A stretch of DNA of 64,000 nucleotides from Eledone cirrhosa (lineage: Eukaryota): positions 13,950,001 through 14,014,000 of the forward strand of contig OZ024747.1 in assembly GCA_964016885.1 (NCBI GenBank). The letters are read 5' to 3'. Position 1 is the stretch's first letter; each line of letters begins with the position of its first letter. The notes below the pieces were generated by a model. It was not told where the DNA came from, searched no databases, and saw only the letters and a program-made list of their open reading frames with translations. The position numbers were made by a program, and so were the translations under genes. Positions 12,504 to 26,175 of the stretch are shown piece by piece.

Positions 12504-13952
12504 TGGTTGCTTATGTGAGAAATAGTAGTTAAATTTCCTTCCAGTTACACCCTGCCATCTTTAAAGTGAATAACACAATGAGCAATGTGGTCTTTGATTT
12601 CAAAATGACAAGATGGTCATGACAGGAACATTTTTTGGTTATAAGCCTTATTCAATTAAGGCTCACATGCTCTAATCAACAACAACAGCAACATTATATT
12701 CATGTGTACAAAATAACCTAGTAATGAGCATTTGTTGTTAACAATGAGTATTAGTAGTTATTCTCTGAATTAGACTACTATATTGGCAATACAGTAATTA
12801 AGAAGTATGAAATACAGAGCATTAAGTCCAAATGATAAAAATGATAAAAATTCGTATTTTAACAAAATAGGTATATTTTTTTTTTCTTTTTATTCTTTTA
12901 TTGATTTTAGTCATTAGACCGTGGCAATGCTGGAGCACCACTTTCATTTAGTCGATCATATTGATCTCAATATTTATTTTTCAAGCCTGGCACTTATTTT
13001 ATCAATTTCTTCTTTTTGTTTAAATGCTAAGGACATAAACACAAATATAGATTTAGACTGACACACATAGTATACATGAGCTCCTGCAGTTTCTGTCTAT
13101 TAAATTCCACTTACAAAGATACTTGCCTAAGATGTTGTGGTAGTGGGATTGAACCCAGTACCACATGTTCACAAACTGATCTCATTAACCATGCAGCTAT
13201 GCTTTCAAATCTTTTTCTCAACTTGAGATTCATTTAAATTACAATTGAAAAAAATCCAGAATCAACAAATTTAGTCCTTGAGAAAATAAAATTTACTTCA
13301 GATTTCTGATACCTACCCTATATTATATAAAACACACTAACATATCATATGAAATATGTCTTGACAGTCTGTGTTTTTTGTACTCTAAGTTGGGCTCAAA
13401 CTGCTTCGAGGGGGTCAAGTGACATTAGTTTATTGTGTTTATTACTGACACTAGAGAAAGTACTTTTTCCCCCTTGTTAATCAGAAAAATGCTGATTTCT
13501 ATTAAATGTAATGAAAGTGAAGACCTCTTTAGTACCGAAATTATATATTTGTATTTCATAATAATTAACAAGGATGTTTTCAAGGAATTTTAAATATAAT
13601 TATAAAGCATTGTGTTCTTTTTAAATTGAAAGAAGAAAAACACAGACCCCCCCCCCCCCCCCCCCCAATAGCCGCCCTTCTGACCAATCATAGCCTAAGA
13701 TTGGGAAAAATTATTACCAAAACTTAAATGTTGATTATAATTTTCACCATTCCAGAATATAACCATAAAAATATATTATCTGTGGTTAAAAAAGTCCCCC
13801 CCCCCCCGCCCCCAAACGAGAACCAAAACGAAACAATATTATTTTCTGAATTGACTATTATTTCTCTTGTTCCTTCTCTCTCTCTCTCTCCCTCTCTCTC
13901 TCTCCCCTCTCTCTCTCTCTCTCTCTCTCTCCCCTCTCTCTCTCTCTCCCTC

Positions 13953-13997
<45 letters not shown>

Positions 13998-14119
13998 TCT
14001 CTGCCTATGGCTCTTATTGTTACCATGCTCTGTCAGTATGCAGTGTTTTACTTGATATTGTATTGGCAGAATATTATCGTCTTTCAGGCTGTATTGTGTT
14101 TTTGAATTAGATAACAAAT

Positions 14120-14270
14120 ATATACATATGTATGTGTATGTGTACACATACACCCATATATATATATGTGTGTGTCTGTATATATTTGTATGTATATATA
14201 TATGCATTGCATATATATATATATATATGTGTGTGTGTGTCTATATATTTGTATGTATATATATATGCAT

Positions 14271-14322
<52 letters not shown>

Positions 14323-14584
14323 GGTCTGTATGTATTTGTATGTATATATATATGCATTGCATATATATATACATATATGTGTGTGTGTGTCTGTATATAT
14401 TTGTATGTATATCTATATATATATGCATTGCATATATATATATATACATATATATGTGTGTGTGTGTGTGTGTCTATATATTTGTATGTTTATCTATATA
14501 TATATGCAGTGCATATATATATATATGCACATATTTATATATGTGTTTGCGTCTGTATATATTTGTATGTATATATATATGCAT

Positions 14585-14629
<45 letters not shown>

Positions 14630-14667
14630 CTGTATATATTTGTATGTATATATATGCATTGCATATA

Positions 14668-14698
<31 letters not shown>

Positions 14699-14903
14699 GT
14701 GTGTGTGTGTCTGTATATATTTGTATGTTTATCTATATATATATGCAGTGCATATATATATATATATATATGCACATATTTATATATGTGTTTGTGTATG
14801 TATATATTTGTATGTATATATATACATGCATTGCATATATATATATATATGCACATATATATATGTATAAGAATATATATATATATATAAAAGAATATAT
14901 ATT

Positions 14904-14948
<45 letters not shown>

Positions 14949-14950
14949 AT
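14120..14950. repeat. Compound (TA)n/(TG)n microsatellite with higher-order unit anchored on TGCATTGCA and TTTGTATGT
   Basis: Recurrent anchors between variable dinucleotide runs. Confidence 0.85.
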
Positions 14951-14951
14951 A

Positions 14952-15096
14952 TAGTAATAATAATAAATGTGAAGACTAAAATCCAATGAGGGATAAGAAT
15001 AAATATATAAGCAGTGATTCTTTGCTTATGATTTCTAAAGAATGAAACAGTTCTAGTCCTGTAGAATCTCATCTATATTAAAACTTTTATACTCTG

Positions 15097-15099
<3 letters not shown>
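14952..15099 (+). mobile_element. Dispersed repeat family A, probable Penelope-like pLTR with decayed hammerhead (other pieces 18895-19052, 24053-24215, 46835-47118)
   Basis: Shared GAAACAGTTCTAGTCCTGTAGAAGCCATTTCTAT and TAATAATAAATGTGAAGACTAAAATCC blocks in both orientations, abutting (TA)n. Confidence 0.6.
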
Positions 15100-15146
<47 letters not shown>

Positions 15147-15194
15147 CTCTCTTATGCCTTCTAAAACCTCCATGGTGGGAAGCCATTTTTATTT

Positions 15195-15255
15195 ATATGA
15201 CAGGCTGAATGAGTTGGTCTGAATAACCCAACGAAACTTAAGTACCTATACATGT
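15195..15255 (+). ncRNA. Type I minimal hammerhead ribozyme motif
   Basis: ATATGACAGG-CTGAATGA-GTTGG/CCAAC-GAAAC-TTAA-GTA^CCTATACATGT; stems I-III pair; one extra core nucleotide. Confidence 0.65.
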
Positions 15256-16420
15256 TGCTGTTGTAACTGATTATATTTAACTTGTCCTATCGACTGAGTA
15301 CTCTAACCCTGGGATATTTATACCAAATTTCTACTACAGTATACACATCATCATCATCATCATCATTTTACGTCCGCTTTTCCCTGCTTGCAAGGGTGGG
15401 ACGGGTCCTATTCAACACAGCATCTCTCCACTTGTCACGGTCCTTCGTCATCTTCTCTGTGAGCTTGAGCGATCTTAGGTCTACTCTCACCACCTCCGCC
15501 CATGTTTATCGTGGTCTTCCTCTACTGTGTCTTCTTCTACTGGGATTTCTTGGCACTTCTTTACCCAGCAGTCATCCTCCATGTGCATCACCTGTCCATA
15601 CCACATCATCATCATCATCATCATCAGGTTTAGCGTCCGTGTTCCACGCTTGCATGGGTTTGGACGGGGGTTTTCCCACTTGAGGCAAGAGTGGTTGTCT
15701 TGCTCGCATAGGACTGTCTGGCGGGTTTTCTACAGTTGGATGCCCTTCCTAACACCAACCACATTTACAGTGTGGGGCTGGGAGGTTTTTACCGTGTTGC
15801 CTACACGGCCACATTACAGCGTGGACTGTCTGGCGGGTTTTCTACAGCTGGATGCCCTTCCTAACACCAACCACATTTACAGTGTGGGGCTGGGAGGTTT
15901 TTACCGTGTTGCCTACACGGCCACATTTACAGCGTGGACTGTGTGTTTTTTGTCGTGACACCTACACGATCTCATTTGTTTCGGCCTGGATGTTGTGGGA
16001 CCAACATAACTTTACATTGAAAGGGGCGGTGTGGGTGGGGTGGAGGTGGTGGGACGGGGGTGTGTTTTGATAGAGATGCCTACTGACTGTAGTAGGTTTT
16101 TACTTTGTATTTAGGTAAGGCGGGTCTTCTCTATTACTGAGTACCGCCAAAGGTCTCGGTCCAGTGACATTGTCTTGGAGAGGTGTAAGCGTGTGAGGTC
16201 GGAATTTATCAGCTCGTCCCATGTTTTTCTGGGTCTGCCTACTCCGTGGCTACCGTCTATCTTTATTGCCCTGCACTTTGTTATACAGCTGTCGTCTTTC
16301 ATGCGCATCACGTGACCGTACCAACGTAGCCTTCTCTCGAGTAAACAACATCTGATCCCTCTTATTTCTAATTTTTTCCTTAGTTTGTTTATGCTTTGCC
16401 GTTCACGTATATTACTATAT

Positions 16421-16457
<37 letters not shown>

Positions 16458-17216
16458 CTACACATTGGGATGGAATAAATAGGGAGACACAGGACAAGTT
16501 ATGCCTTTCAGTGAATTACACAAAGATGCTACAAACCAATGTGTTTAAACTTTAAAGGAAGAGATAGAAACGCCATGCCTGGTAGCTTAGCCAAAAGGTG
16601 AAAAAATATATTAGGAATACCTACTGTATTTCCCTTTTCCTTTGGTGATGTTCCCCTCCTGCAACCCCCACTCCTCCTCGTTCTTCTTCTTTCTCTTCTT
16701 CTTCTTTGCTTCTTCTTCTTTTCTTTTTCTTTTCTTTTTCTTCTTTTTCTTCATCTTTTCTTTTTCTTCTTTTTCTTCATCTTTTTCTTTTTCTTATTTT
16801 TCTTTTTCTTCTTTTTTTTGCTTCTTCTTTTTCTTCTTCTTCTTCTTCTTCTTCTTCTTCTTCTTCTTCTTCTATTATTATTTCAGATTTACTCTTGTGA
16901 TTCCTGCTGACATGGATTTTATTCCTAATATTTTCTAGATTCTAGTCACTGTAATTACTTATTTACTGTACAAAGAAGGCCTTAATTAATGATTTAAATA
17001 ATTTCAATTTTAATGGATAAATACATTAATGAGTGCGGAATGAAATACTTTATTACTTTATTCATCTTAATAATTAATATGTATTCTCATTACCATAATT
17101 ATTATACAAATCTTTAATTGGATGCAGGGTGTCAGCTATGTTTAGGATGGCAATGAAAATGAGAAATTCATCTAAAAGTCTATTAATAGTTTTGATTATT
17201 CACTTTCTTCCTTTTC

Positions 17217-18098
17217 ATCATCATTGTTGTGTTTGTCATCATCATCATCACACATCACCACCACCACCATCACCATCATCGCACATCATCACCACCATCA
17301 TCACCATCATCACACATCATCACCACCATCATCACCATCATCACCATCATCACACATCACCACCACCACCATCACCATCATCACACATCACCACCACCAC
17401 CATCACCATCATCACACATCACCACCACCACCATCACCATCATTATCATCACCACCACCATCACCATCATTATCATCACCACCATCATCATCATCATCAT
17501 CATTATCATCACCACCACCATCATCATCATCATCACCATCATCATCATTATCATCACCACCACCATCACCATCATCATTATCATCCCACATCACCACCAC
17601 CATCATCACACATCACCACCATAATCATCATCATCACACATCACCACCACCATCATCATCATCATCACACATCACCACCACCATCATCACACATCACCAC
17701 CACCATCATCATCACACATCACCACCACCATCATCGTCATCATTATAACCATCATCATCATCATCACACTCACACCTCCATTATCATCATTGTTGTCTTT
17801 GTCATCATCATTATCATCCCACCACCACCACCATCATCCCACATCACCACCACCATCATCCCACATCACCACTACCATCATTATCATCCCACATCACCAC
17901 CACCACCACCACCACCATCATCATCATCATTTTCACACCACCATTATCACCACCATCATCATCATTATCATCCCACACCACCATCACCACCACCACCACC
18001 ACCATCATCACACCACCACCACCACCACCACCATCATCACACTCACACCACCATCATCATCACACTCACATCATCACCGTCACCATCACATTATCATT
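17217..18098. repeat. (CAT)n/(CAC)n trinucleotide low-complexity tract
   Basis: Direct reading. Confidence 0.9.
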
Positions 18099-18107
18099 TT
18101 GTATTAA

Positions 18108-18308
18108 GGGCGGTAGATTGGAAGTATCGGTGGAGGGTCGGACGCCATGCTTTCTAGCATAGAGTTACGTCCCTTTACGATCTGAGTTCAAATCCCGCCG
18201 AGGTTGACTTTGCCTTTCATCCTTACGGGGTCGATAAAATAAAGTACCAGTAATCACACATATTTGATGGGTCAATTGCCGGCCTTGTGCCTAAAGTAGA
18301 AACAATTA
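18108..18308 (+). mobile_element. SINE family 2 with Deu/Nin-like core (other copies about 7870-8035, 24332-24545, 24546-24727, 45250-45435 -, 52571-52683, 63671-63862, 63960-64000)
   Basis: B box GAGTTCAAATCC followed by GCCTTTCATCCTTACGGGGTCGATAAAATAAAGTACC in many near-identical copies. Confidence 0.8.
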
Positions 18309-19892
18309 TCATTTTGTATTAAGATTATTATCTGATAGTATAGATTGATTAATTTGCTAAATATCGTAGTAATGATTAGTTTAACTACTCCAGTCTTGAT
18401 GACAATGGTAAATAGCCATACTGAATTATTCTAATTTAAATAGCAACCATGCAAGTTCTCTTTTTGTTCGTCTTGTGGACAGGTTTTTTTTTCTTTTTCT
18501 TTTTTTGTTTTACAAGCCCTTTCTCTGTGCTATCTACTTGGTAGAGAAACTGCTACAGTTTAGAATAGGTACTCCATAACACTGTGTGTTGTGAGAAGTT
18601 ACTTAAAGGGTCGGTGTCAGGAAAGGCATCTGTCTGTAAAACATTGCTCCAAAAGGTACCATCGAACCCATGCCAGCATGGAAGCATCAATGTAAAACTG
18701 ATGATGGTAATAGCATTATATTTAGTACTTAAGTTGATAGGGAAAGGATGTGTTCAAGTGTTTAGTGCAAAATTGATTTGAAGTATCATCTTTGGTTTAT
18801 CACTTGATTTAAATATATATAAGACAAGGGCGGTGCCCCAGCATGGCCTCAGCCGGATGGCTGGAACTGGTAAAAGAGTAAAAGAGTAATATATATGAAA
18901 CAGTTCTAGTCCTGTAGAAGCCATTTCTATTGTAAACATGATATATATATATATATATATAGTAATAATAATAAATGTGAAGACTAAAATCCAAAGAAGG
19001 CTCGATAAGGATAAATATATATCAAATATATAAAAACCATAGAGCAAATATTTATTAAAATAATAGATTAAAGGATCGCTGCTTTCACATACACAAACAC
19101 ACTCATGACGAGCTTCCTGCATTTTCCATCTGTCAAATTCATTCCCAAAGCATTGGTCAGTTTGGGGCTATAGTGGAAGTGAACCAAAAACTGTGTGGTT
19201 CTCTAGCAAACATTTTAATCATATAGCCAGACCTGCACATATGTAATCTAAACTATAATAAAGTAAGGAGCGCAGGACTGCGTACGGTTTATAATTTTTT
19301 ATCCCATTAATAAAATAAGTTGGATTACTTTGAATAAATAATTGTTTCTACTTTTAGGCACAAGGCCAGCAATTACCCAGTGCATTACTGGTACTTTATT
19401 TTATAAATAATGAATGAATATTACATAATTTATCTACTAAATTTCGTGGCTGTTGATTAAATATATTTTATTGTTTATTTAAAGATTCACTTCTTTAAAA
19501 TTTTCAAATGTCAACACTTCCGGTTAGCGATTGCTTAAATAAACATACATATATTTCCGTCACTAATTTTCTTCTAATGCAGTTTATATATAATATCGTC
19601 TTTTTTTAATACTTGCGTATAATATCAATATACACACTACACATGCTAGCAGATATATAATATCGTCTTTTTTTTAATGTATCATGGTTTACATTACTGA
19701 TTACATAAGACAGTGTAACGCAGTCTTCGTTCAATTTCTGTTTATATTGTCAATTACGATTTTATTTGATGTATCATATCTACATGCATATATACTTGCA
19801 TATAATGTCAATATATATCTACATATGCTAGCAGAAAACCAGCACTATATTATTATTATCCTTTCTAAATCACTATTTTGTGTTCATTTCAG

Positions 19893-19977
19893 AATTATGA
19901 TGCTTAGTGTTCTTAAGAACACCAAATCTAAAGTGAAATTTTGGTTTTTGAAAAACTATCTTTCTCCAACCTTTAAA
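19893..19977 (+). CDS. UGGT: UGGT exon f (IMMLSVLKNTKSKVKFWFLKNYLSPTFK)
   Basis: TTTCAG acceptor, GTAAGT donor; closely matches the animal UGGT GT24 sequence. Confidence 0.97.
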
Positions 19978-20490
19978 GTAAGTTTAAACTTTATATGTGA
20001 CTTGTTTACTTTACTTTTTGAATATATTGTTTAGCTCGCAATTGTAAGGTCATGAATTCAATTCCCAAACCAGGTGATATGCTGTGTATTTGAGCAAGAT
20101 GCTTTATTTCTCATTGCTCCAGTTCACCTCGCTGGCAAAAATAAGTTGTACCTGTAATTTAAGGACCAGCTGTGTCACACTGAATCATCTTGTTATGGGT
20201 TTTGGTCTTCTAAGTTCAAACCTTTCTGAGATCCACTTTACTCCATTTCTGCTCTGAAAAATGAAGCCTGCTTTTTATCTGAAATAGAGGAAGGTATTTC
20301 ATCCAGCTCTGACTATCATGTTAATCCATCTATCTGGACTGGTATTTTATTTTATTGATCTCCAAAGGATGAAAGGCAAGATTAGAACTCAAAACACAGA
20401 GAACTTGAAATAGAGCAATGCATCTCATCTAATCTTCTAGCAATTTCACTAATTCTCTTCTGGTACTTATAATGTTGCTTTTCTTTGCAG

Positions 20491-20600
20491 GATTTCATTC
20501 CTCACATGGCTAAGGAGTATCAATTTGAGTACGAACTAGTACAGTATAAATGGCCACGCTGGCTAAACCAACAGAAAGAGAAACAAAGAATTATCTGGGG
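20491..20600 (+). CDS. UGGT: UGGT exon g ([36 protein letters not shown])
   Basis: TTTGCAG acceptor, GTAAGT donor; [16 protein letters not shown] signature. Confidence 0.97.
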
Positions 20601-23044
20601 GTAAGTTACAACATGTTTATAAAATCTATAAAAAAAATGCCACAAGAACAATATTAAACATTATATACAGTCAGTGGTTGTGTTTTTTTTTTTCTCTTTC
20701 TCATTTCAGTCATTCTTATTTCATGATCGGAGAGTAGTCGGGGTAAAGAACCATGTATTGCTCATATGTTCAATATTTGCCATGGTATCTATAGCTGGAT
20801 GCCCTTCATAACACCAGTCACTTTATAGAGTCTACTGTGTATATTTTATTCTGGCACCAGCACTACTACATTATAGGGTGTACTGGGTGTACCAGTATTA
20901 GAGCCGTTGTCATATACACAGCAAGACAGGAGATTTTTCTCTACCTTATATTGTTTCTGTTCAATTGTCAACCACTTTACAATGCATGCCATAAGGTTTA
21001 ATATTATCTTAACACTGAAAATCTCAGGAGTTAATTCATTCATAGCATTTTTTTCTATTAATATTAATGGTGTCTTGTGCAAAAGACGAAAAAAAAATGT
21101 ATGCAAAGAATATATAAAAAATAAACTGGGACATTTCAAATTCTTTTTTTCCTTTCTGCACAAATTGAATGAATTTTGCCCATGTTTCTGTGATATTATT
21201 TTTTAGCCCTAAACCAACCCTCATTGAGCTGATCTATAACCAACGAAAGTTTGACTATAACTATTTCATCTTATTTTCAGACATAGTGTATCTACTGAAT
21301 ACATGTCCAATGTTTCTTTCCTTTTTTTAACATTGTGAGGTGGGATTTGAGGGAGATTTGGTTGCTGTTTCTAACAGTCTAAAATAGTGTATATTATCTC
21401 CATTTAATTTTGTGACTTGTAAATTTTTTATTTATTATACTTATTCCTTCAGTTGTGTCAAGGGTGTGACAACCTCTCTAGTGTTGGTGATCAACATGAT
21501 AAACAAATAGTAGACTCCACTTTTAAGGGCTTCTGAGACTGCTGAGGGAAGAAAACTATCCTCAAACTAAAAACCTGGTTTGAATGTATACAACAGAGTA
21601 GACTCCATTATAGGTACTCTAGTGCCAGGTGGGGGTGTTAAATGGAGCGACGGGTTAATTAAATCTACCTCTCAGTTTGACCTCGGCAGCATTTGAACTC
21701 AGAATATGAAGGGCCAGAAGAAATACTGCAAAACATCTTGACTGATGCTCTAATGATTCTGTTAATCCACACGCTTTGGACTGATACCTTATTTTAACAA
21801 TACCAAATAGATGAAAGGCTAAGTTGACCCTGATGAGATTTGAACTCATAGCGTAGAGAACCTAAACAAAATACTGCTAGGCATTTTGTGAAGAGGTGCT
21901 ACTAAATGCTGCAAGGCATCTTGTCTACCTCTCCACTACTTTTGTGTGATAAAACAATGCCAACATAGGACAGTGATAAGACCGTTCCATCATGTGAATT
22001 CTAAGAATAAAGATAAATATAATCTGGTAGTTAAGTCTTCATTTTATCAGCTGGGCAGATCTTTGAGAGGCCACATAATTCTGGAGGACAATAGCAATAT
22101 TATAAAGAATTATGAAGACTATAATGATAGAATTGGTAATTATGTTAGTTATTTCAAAATGACAATTCTATGTCGCATAAGTTGTTGAAGTTGTTTAGCC
22201 CCAGGTCAGTCCTGTCTGATTGAGTAAGACATGATCCAATGCATTCCACATGTGACCATCCTGTCTTTTTTTCTTTTTTTTTTCTTTTCATCATATAGTT
22301 TTATTTAGGACTGCAGTATTCAGTGTTTATATATCCTTCCTTTTTTTCGGATTGCACAGTGTGTGATTTGAAGGAGATTTGGCTGCTATCGCTAGCAGGT
22401 AGAAGCCCCATTGTTGGCACAACATAGAAGTTGTTGTTGTTGTTGGTATTTAGCCTCGGGTCACAAATCATCAAGCAGACCTACAAACTAAAAGCCTTAC
22501 TGATACCAACCCCTTGTTTTTTCTTTTTAGTTTTTATTTAAAGTATGGAACCACCCACTGAATTGCAGGATGTATTGTTTATGCAGGACATAAACAAATG
22601 TCACCAGCTGTCTGACTGGTATTGACACAAAAACACACCCAGAGACAAACACATACAAATATACATGCACATATGCATAAACTTATACATATATATATAT
22701 ATCATTTCATTCATTTCATCATTTCATTTTACGTCCACTTTTCCCTGCTTGCAAGGGTGGGACGGAAACTGATGCTGGCTTGATTTCTACAGCTGGATGC
22801 CCTTCCTAACACCAACCTCATTTACAGTGAGTGGTGGGTGCTTTTTTGCCGTGGCACCTCCACGACCACTTTGCAGTGGAATGATATGGACCCCAGTCCC
22901 TATCATCTCATTTCTACAGCTGAGTAAACTGGAGCAATGTGAAATAAAGTGTCTTGCTCAAGGAAACAACACATCACCCGGTCTGAGAATTGAACTCACA
23001 GCCTTTCGATTGCAAGCCCAATGCTCTAGCCACTAAGCCATGTG

Positions 23045-23100
<56 letters not shown>

Positions 23101-23813
23101 CACACACACACACATACTCACATACACATTCATGCAGACACCCCACCCACATATATATGACAGTCGAGTATAAAGTGGTGGTGTTGGTGCCAAGATAATA
23201 TGCACCCAGTACATTCTGTAAAATAGTAATGCTGGTGCTGTGATAGAATGCACACAATGCATTCAGTGAAGTGGTTGGTGTTAAGAAGGACATCTAGTCA
23301 TACAAATATGGAATGAGTGATATATATATATATATATATCATCATCATCACCGTTTTACGTCAGTTCTTCCACGCTAGCAAGGGTTAGACGGTTTGTCCT
23401 GTTGTGGGCAGTGTCTGGTCGGCTGACCATGCTTTGCTCATACAGGAACTGATTTGGCATGATTTCTACAGCTGGATGCCCTTCCTAACACCAACCTCAT
23501 TTACAGTGAGTGCTGGGTGCTTTTTCGTGGCGCCTACACGTCCACTTTACAGTGTGGGCTAGGTGCTTTTTTGCCGTGGCACCTCCACGACCACCTTGCA
23601 GTGGGGGGTGTGGGGGCATATTGTCTATATGCTTTAGCTTGTACCCATGGGAGGTTGGGTACTCTGTATTACTGCGTGACGCCAGAGGTCACGGTCGTGT
23701 GTCATCGCCTTTGAGAGGTGTAATTGGGTAAGGTTGGCTTTTATCACCTCATCCCAGGTCATCTTGGGTCTCCCCACTCCGCGGTTTCCATCGACTTCTA
23801 GTGCTCTGCACCT

Positions 23814-23862
<49 letters not shown>

Positions 23863-23887
23863 GTGGTTACACATCAGTTAGTTCACT

Positions 23888-23933
23888 ATACCGAGAACAA
23901 TTGTTTCACCTTAGCGGATCCTCAGCTCATAAT
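23888..23933 (-). ncRNA. Type I minimal hammerhead ribozyme motif
   Basis: Minus strand TATGAG-CTGAGGA-TCCGCTAAGGT-GAAAC-AATT-GTT^CTCGGTA; palindromic stem III ACAATTGT. Confidence 0.65.
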
Positions 23934-24013
23934 GGACATGGTTATACGGAACTTGTCCCATGGATTGAGTGCTCTACCACTACTTCCAGTGTTCTGCCAC
24001 TATATATATATAT

Positions 24014-24055
<42 letters not shown>

Positions 24056-24216
24056 CCTGTGTTCAATCGGGGGTAACCACTGTAAGTAAGGTACTCAATA
24101 CATAGCAGAGTATAAATATTTAATATAGAAATGGCTTCTACAGGTCTAGAACAGTTTCATTCGAAAGAAACAGTTCTAGTCCTGTAGGAGCCATTTCTAT
24201 ATTAAATATTTATATT

Positions 24217-24320
24217 TATTCAGGCTTGGCAAGGTCTGGGGAGCCAGAGATGGTGTGGTCAACCATTTCATTGTGCTGGTTGCACAATCTGCATTTGGTG
24301 ATCAGATTCGTTTTCATTTT
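24217..24320 (-). mobile_element. Fragment of RLE-type (R4/Dong-like) non-LTR retrotransposon zinc knuckle
   Basis: Minus strand reads TKCRLCNQHNEMVDHTISGSPDLAK, matching CRxC...ETxxHIxSGCxxLA with the last Cys lost. Confidence 0.55.
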
Positions 24321-25173
24321 GTTCTTACAACAGTGGATTGGCAGTATCAGTAGAGCATTGGACACCCTGCTTCATGGCAGGGTGTTACGGCCCTTTACGT
24401 TCTGAGTTTAAAATCCCGCTGAGGTTAGCTTTGCCTTTCATCCTTACGGGGTCGATAAAATAAAGTACCAGTAACGCACTGGGGTCAATTTAATCGACTT
24501 TCCTCTCCCACCCAAAATTGTTGGCTGTTTGCCTAAATAGAAACCGGATTGGCAGTGTCGGTAGAGGGTTAGATGCCATGCTTTTCAGTACAGTTACGTC
24601 CCTTTACGAACTGAGTTCAAATCCTGCCGAGGTTAACTTTGCCTTTCATCCTTACGGGGTTGATAAAATAAAGTACCAGTAATACACTGGTTAATTGCTG
24701 GCCTTGTGCCAAAAGTAGAAACAATTATTTTGTTTTTATAGTTTGTTACCAGACATTGGTCTTGTTCTGTGAGAATCAGTCTTTCTGTTTCTGCTTTTAG
24801 TCCATAGCTTCTGAGCCATTGTTAATTTTCACTTTAGCTTACTTCTCTGTTCAGCATTGCAGGATATTAACCATGGAGTGGTTTTTCTCTCCATTTCTTC
24901 TTTAGTATGTTTTGCTATTTCAGTTTCATGTTGTTCTTTTGTCTCTTTATTTATTTTTGTTGTGTTGTTGCCTAAATTTATCTCGATAAAATGCACCAAA
25001 TATACTCTGGAAATGGTGGTGCCGCAAAAAAAATGCATCTGGTACACAGCCAGTACTCCCTGTAAAATCCATGCCAAATATAGAACATATGAGTAAGATG
25101 AGGTCACTCTGACCCATCTAGCCTCAGACTATGACAACTCATCCAGAATGTGAACATAAAATAATGAGGACAA

Positions 25174-25577
25174 TGATGAAATTATTGTGTACAGTGCTCA
25201 GGTGCACTACAACTTGTCAAAGGTGCATGTATAGTACATAGAATAATATACAAATGTCAGGGAAGTGAATAGTGTATGAGTCATGATATACATGTGTGAG
25301 TGTGTATGGAGGGGGAACATTAGGTGTAGTGTTGGCGAATCTCAGGAAGCATGGAGGTTTTAAAGGATGCAGTGTCTCGACAGCTAATAACTGCTGCAGG
25401 TAGTTTGTTCCATGCTTCAGCAACTCTGAGCATGAAAACATGTTTCTGAAAGTCATGGGAACTGTGCTGTTTTCTGACTTTGTTGGCATGCCCACATCTG
25501 TTAGACATATGGAAATCAAAAAGGTGATCAGGTTGTTGTTGGCAAGATGGTTAGTAATTTTGTGGGTGTTTACCAAG
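25174..25577 (-). mobile_element. CR1/L2-type LINE 3' fragment
   Basis: Matches the 3' end of the 26026-29445 family (RVAEAWNKLP...EIRQHYT). Confidence 0.9.
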
Positions 25578-26175
25578 GTGTAACAGATATGTTTTTGTGC
25601 AATCAGACTTAAAAACAGGCAAAGATTACCTAATTGAACACTTATCATCATCATTTAAATGGGTTGTCATGCACTAAAGCTAGACTGGTTAGGAGACTAC
25701 ATCCTGCTCATACGATTCACCTTTGGCTTCGTTTCTACAGCTAGATGCCCTTCCTAATGCCAACCACTTTACAGCGTGTAGTGGGAGTATGGTTTCTATG
25801 GCTAGATGCCTTTACAACATGTACTGAAGGCGTGTGGCTGAGTAGTCAGAGAATTGGATTCGCAATCGTGAGGTTGTGAGTTCGATTCCTGGACCAGATG
25901 ATAATAATAATAATGAAATTATTGTGTACAGTGCTCAGGTGCACTACAACTCATCAAAGGTGCATGTATAGTACATAGAATAATGTACAAATGTCAGGAA
26001 AATAAACAGTGTATGAGTCATGATATAATAACAATAACAATAATGAAATATTGTGCACAGTGCCCAGGTGCACCACAACCCATCAAAAAAGTGCATGTAC
26101 AGTACATAGGGCAATGTACAAACATCAGTAAAATGAACAGTGCACACATGTGTGCATGTGTATGGAAGGGGCACA

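Noticed and set aside
17129-18157. His-rich 342-aa protein
   Set aside because: CAT/CAC triplet low-complexity tract, open in several frames, with no splice or homology support
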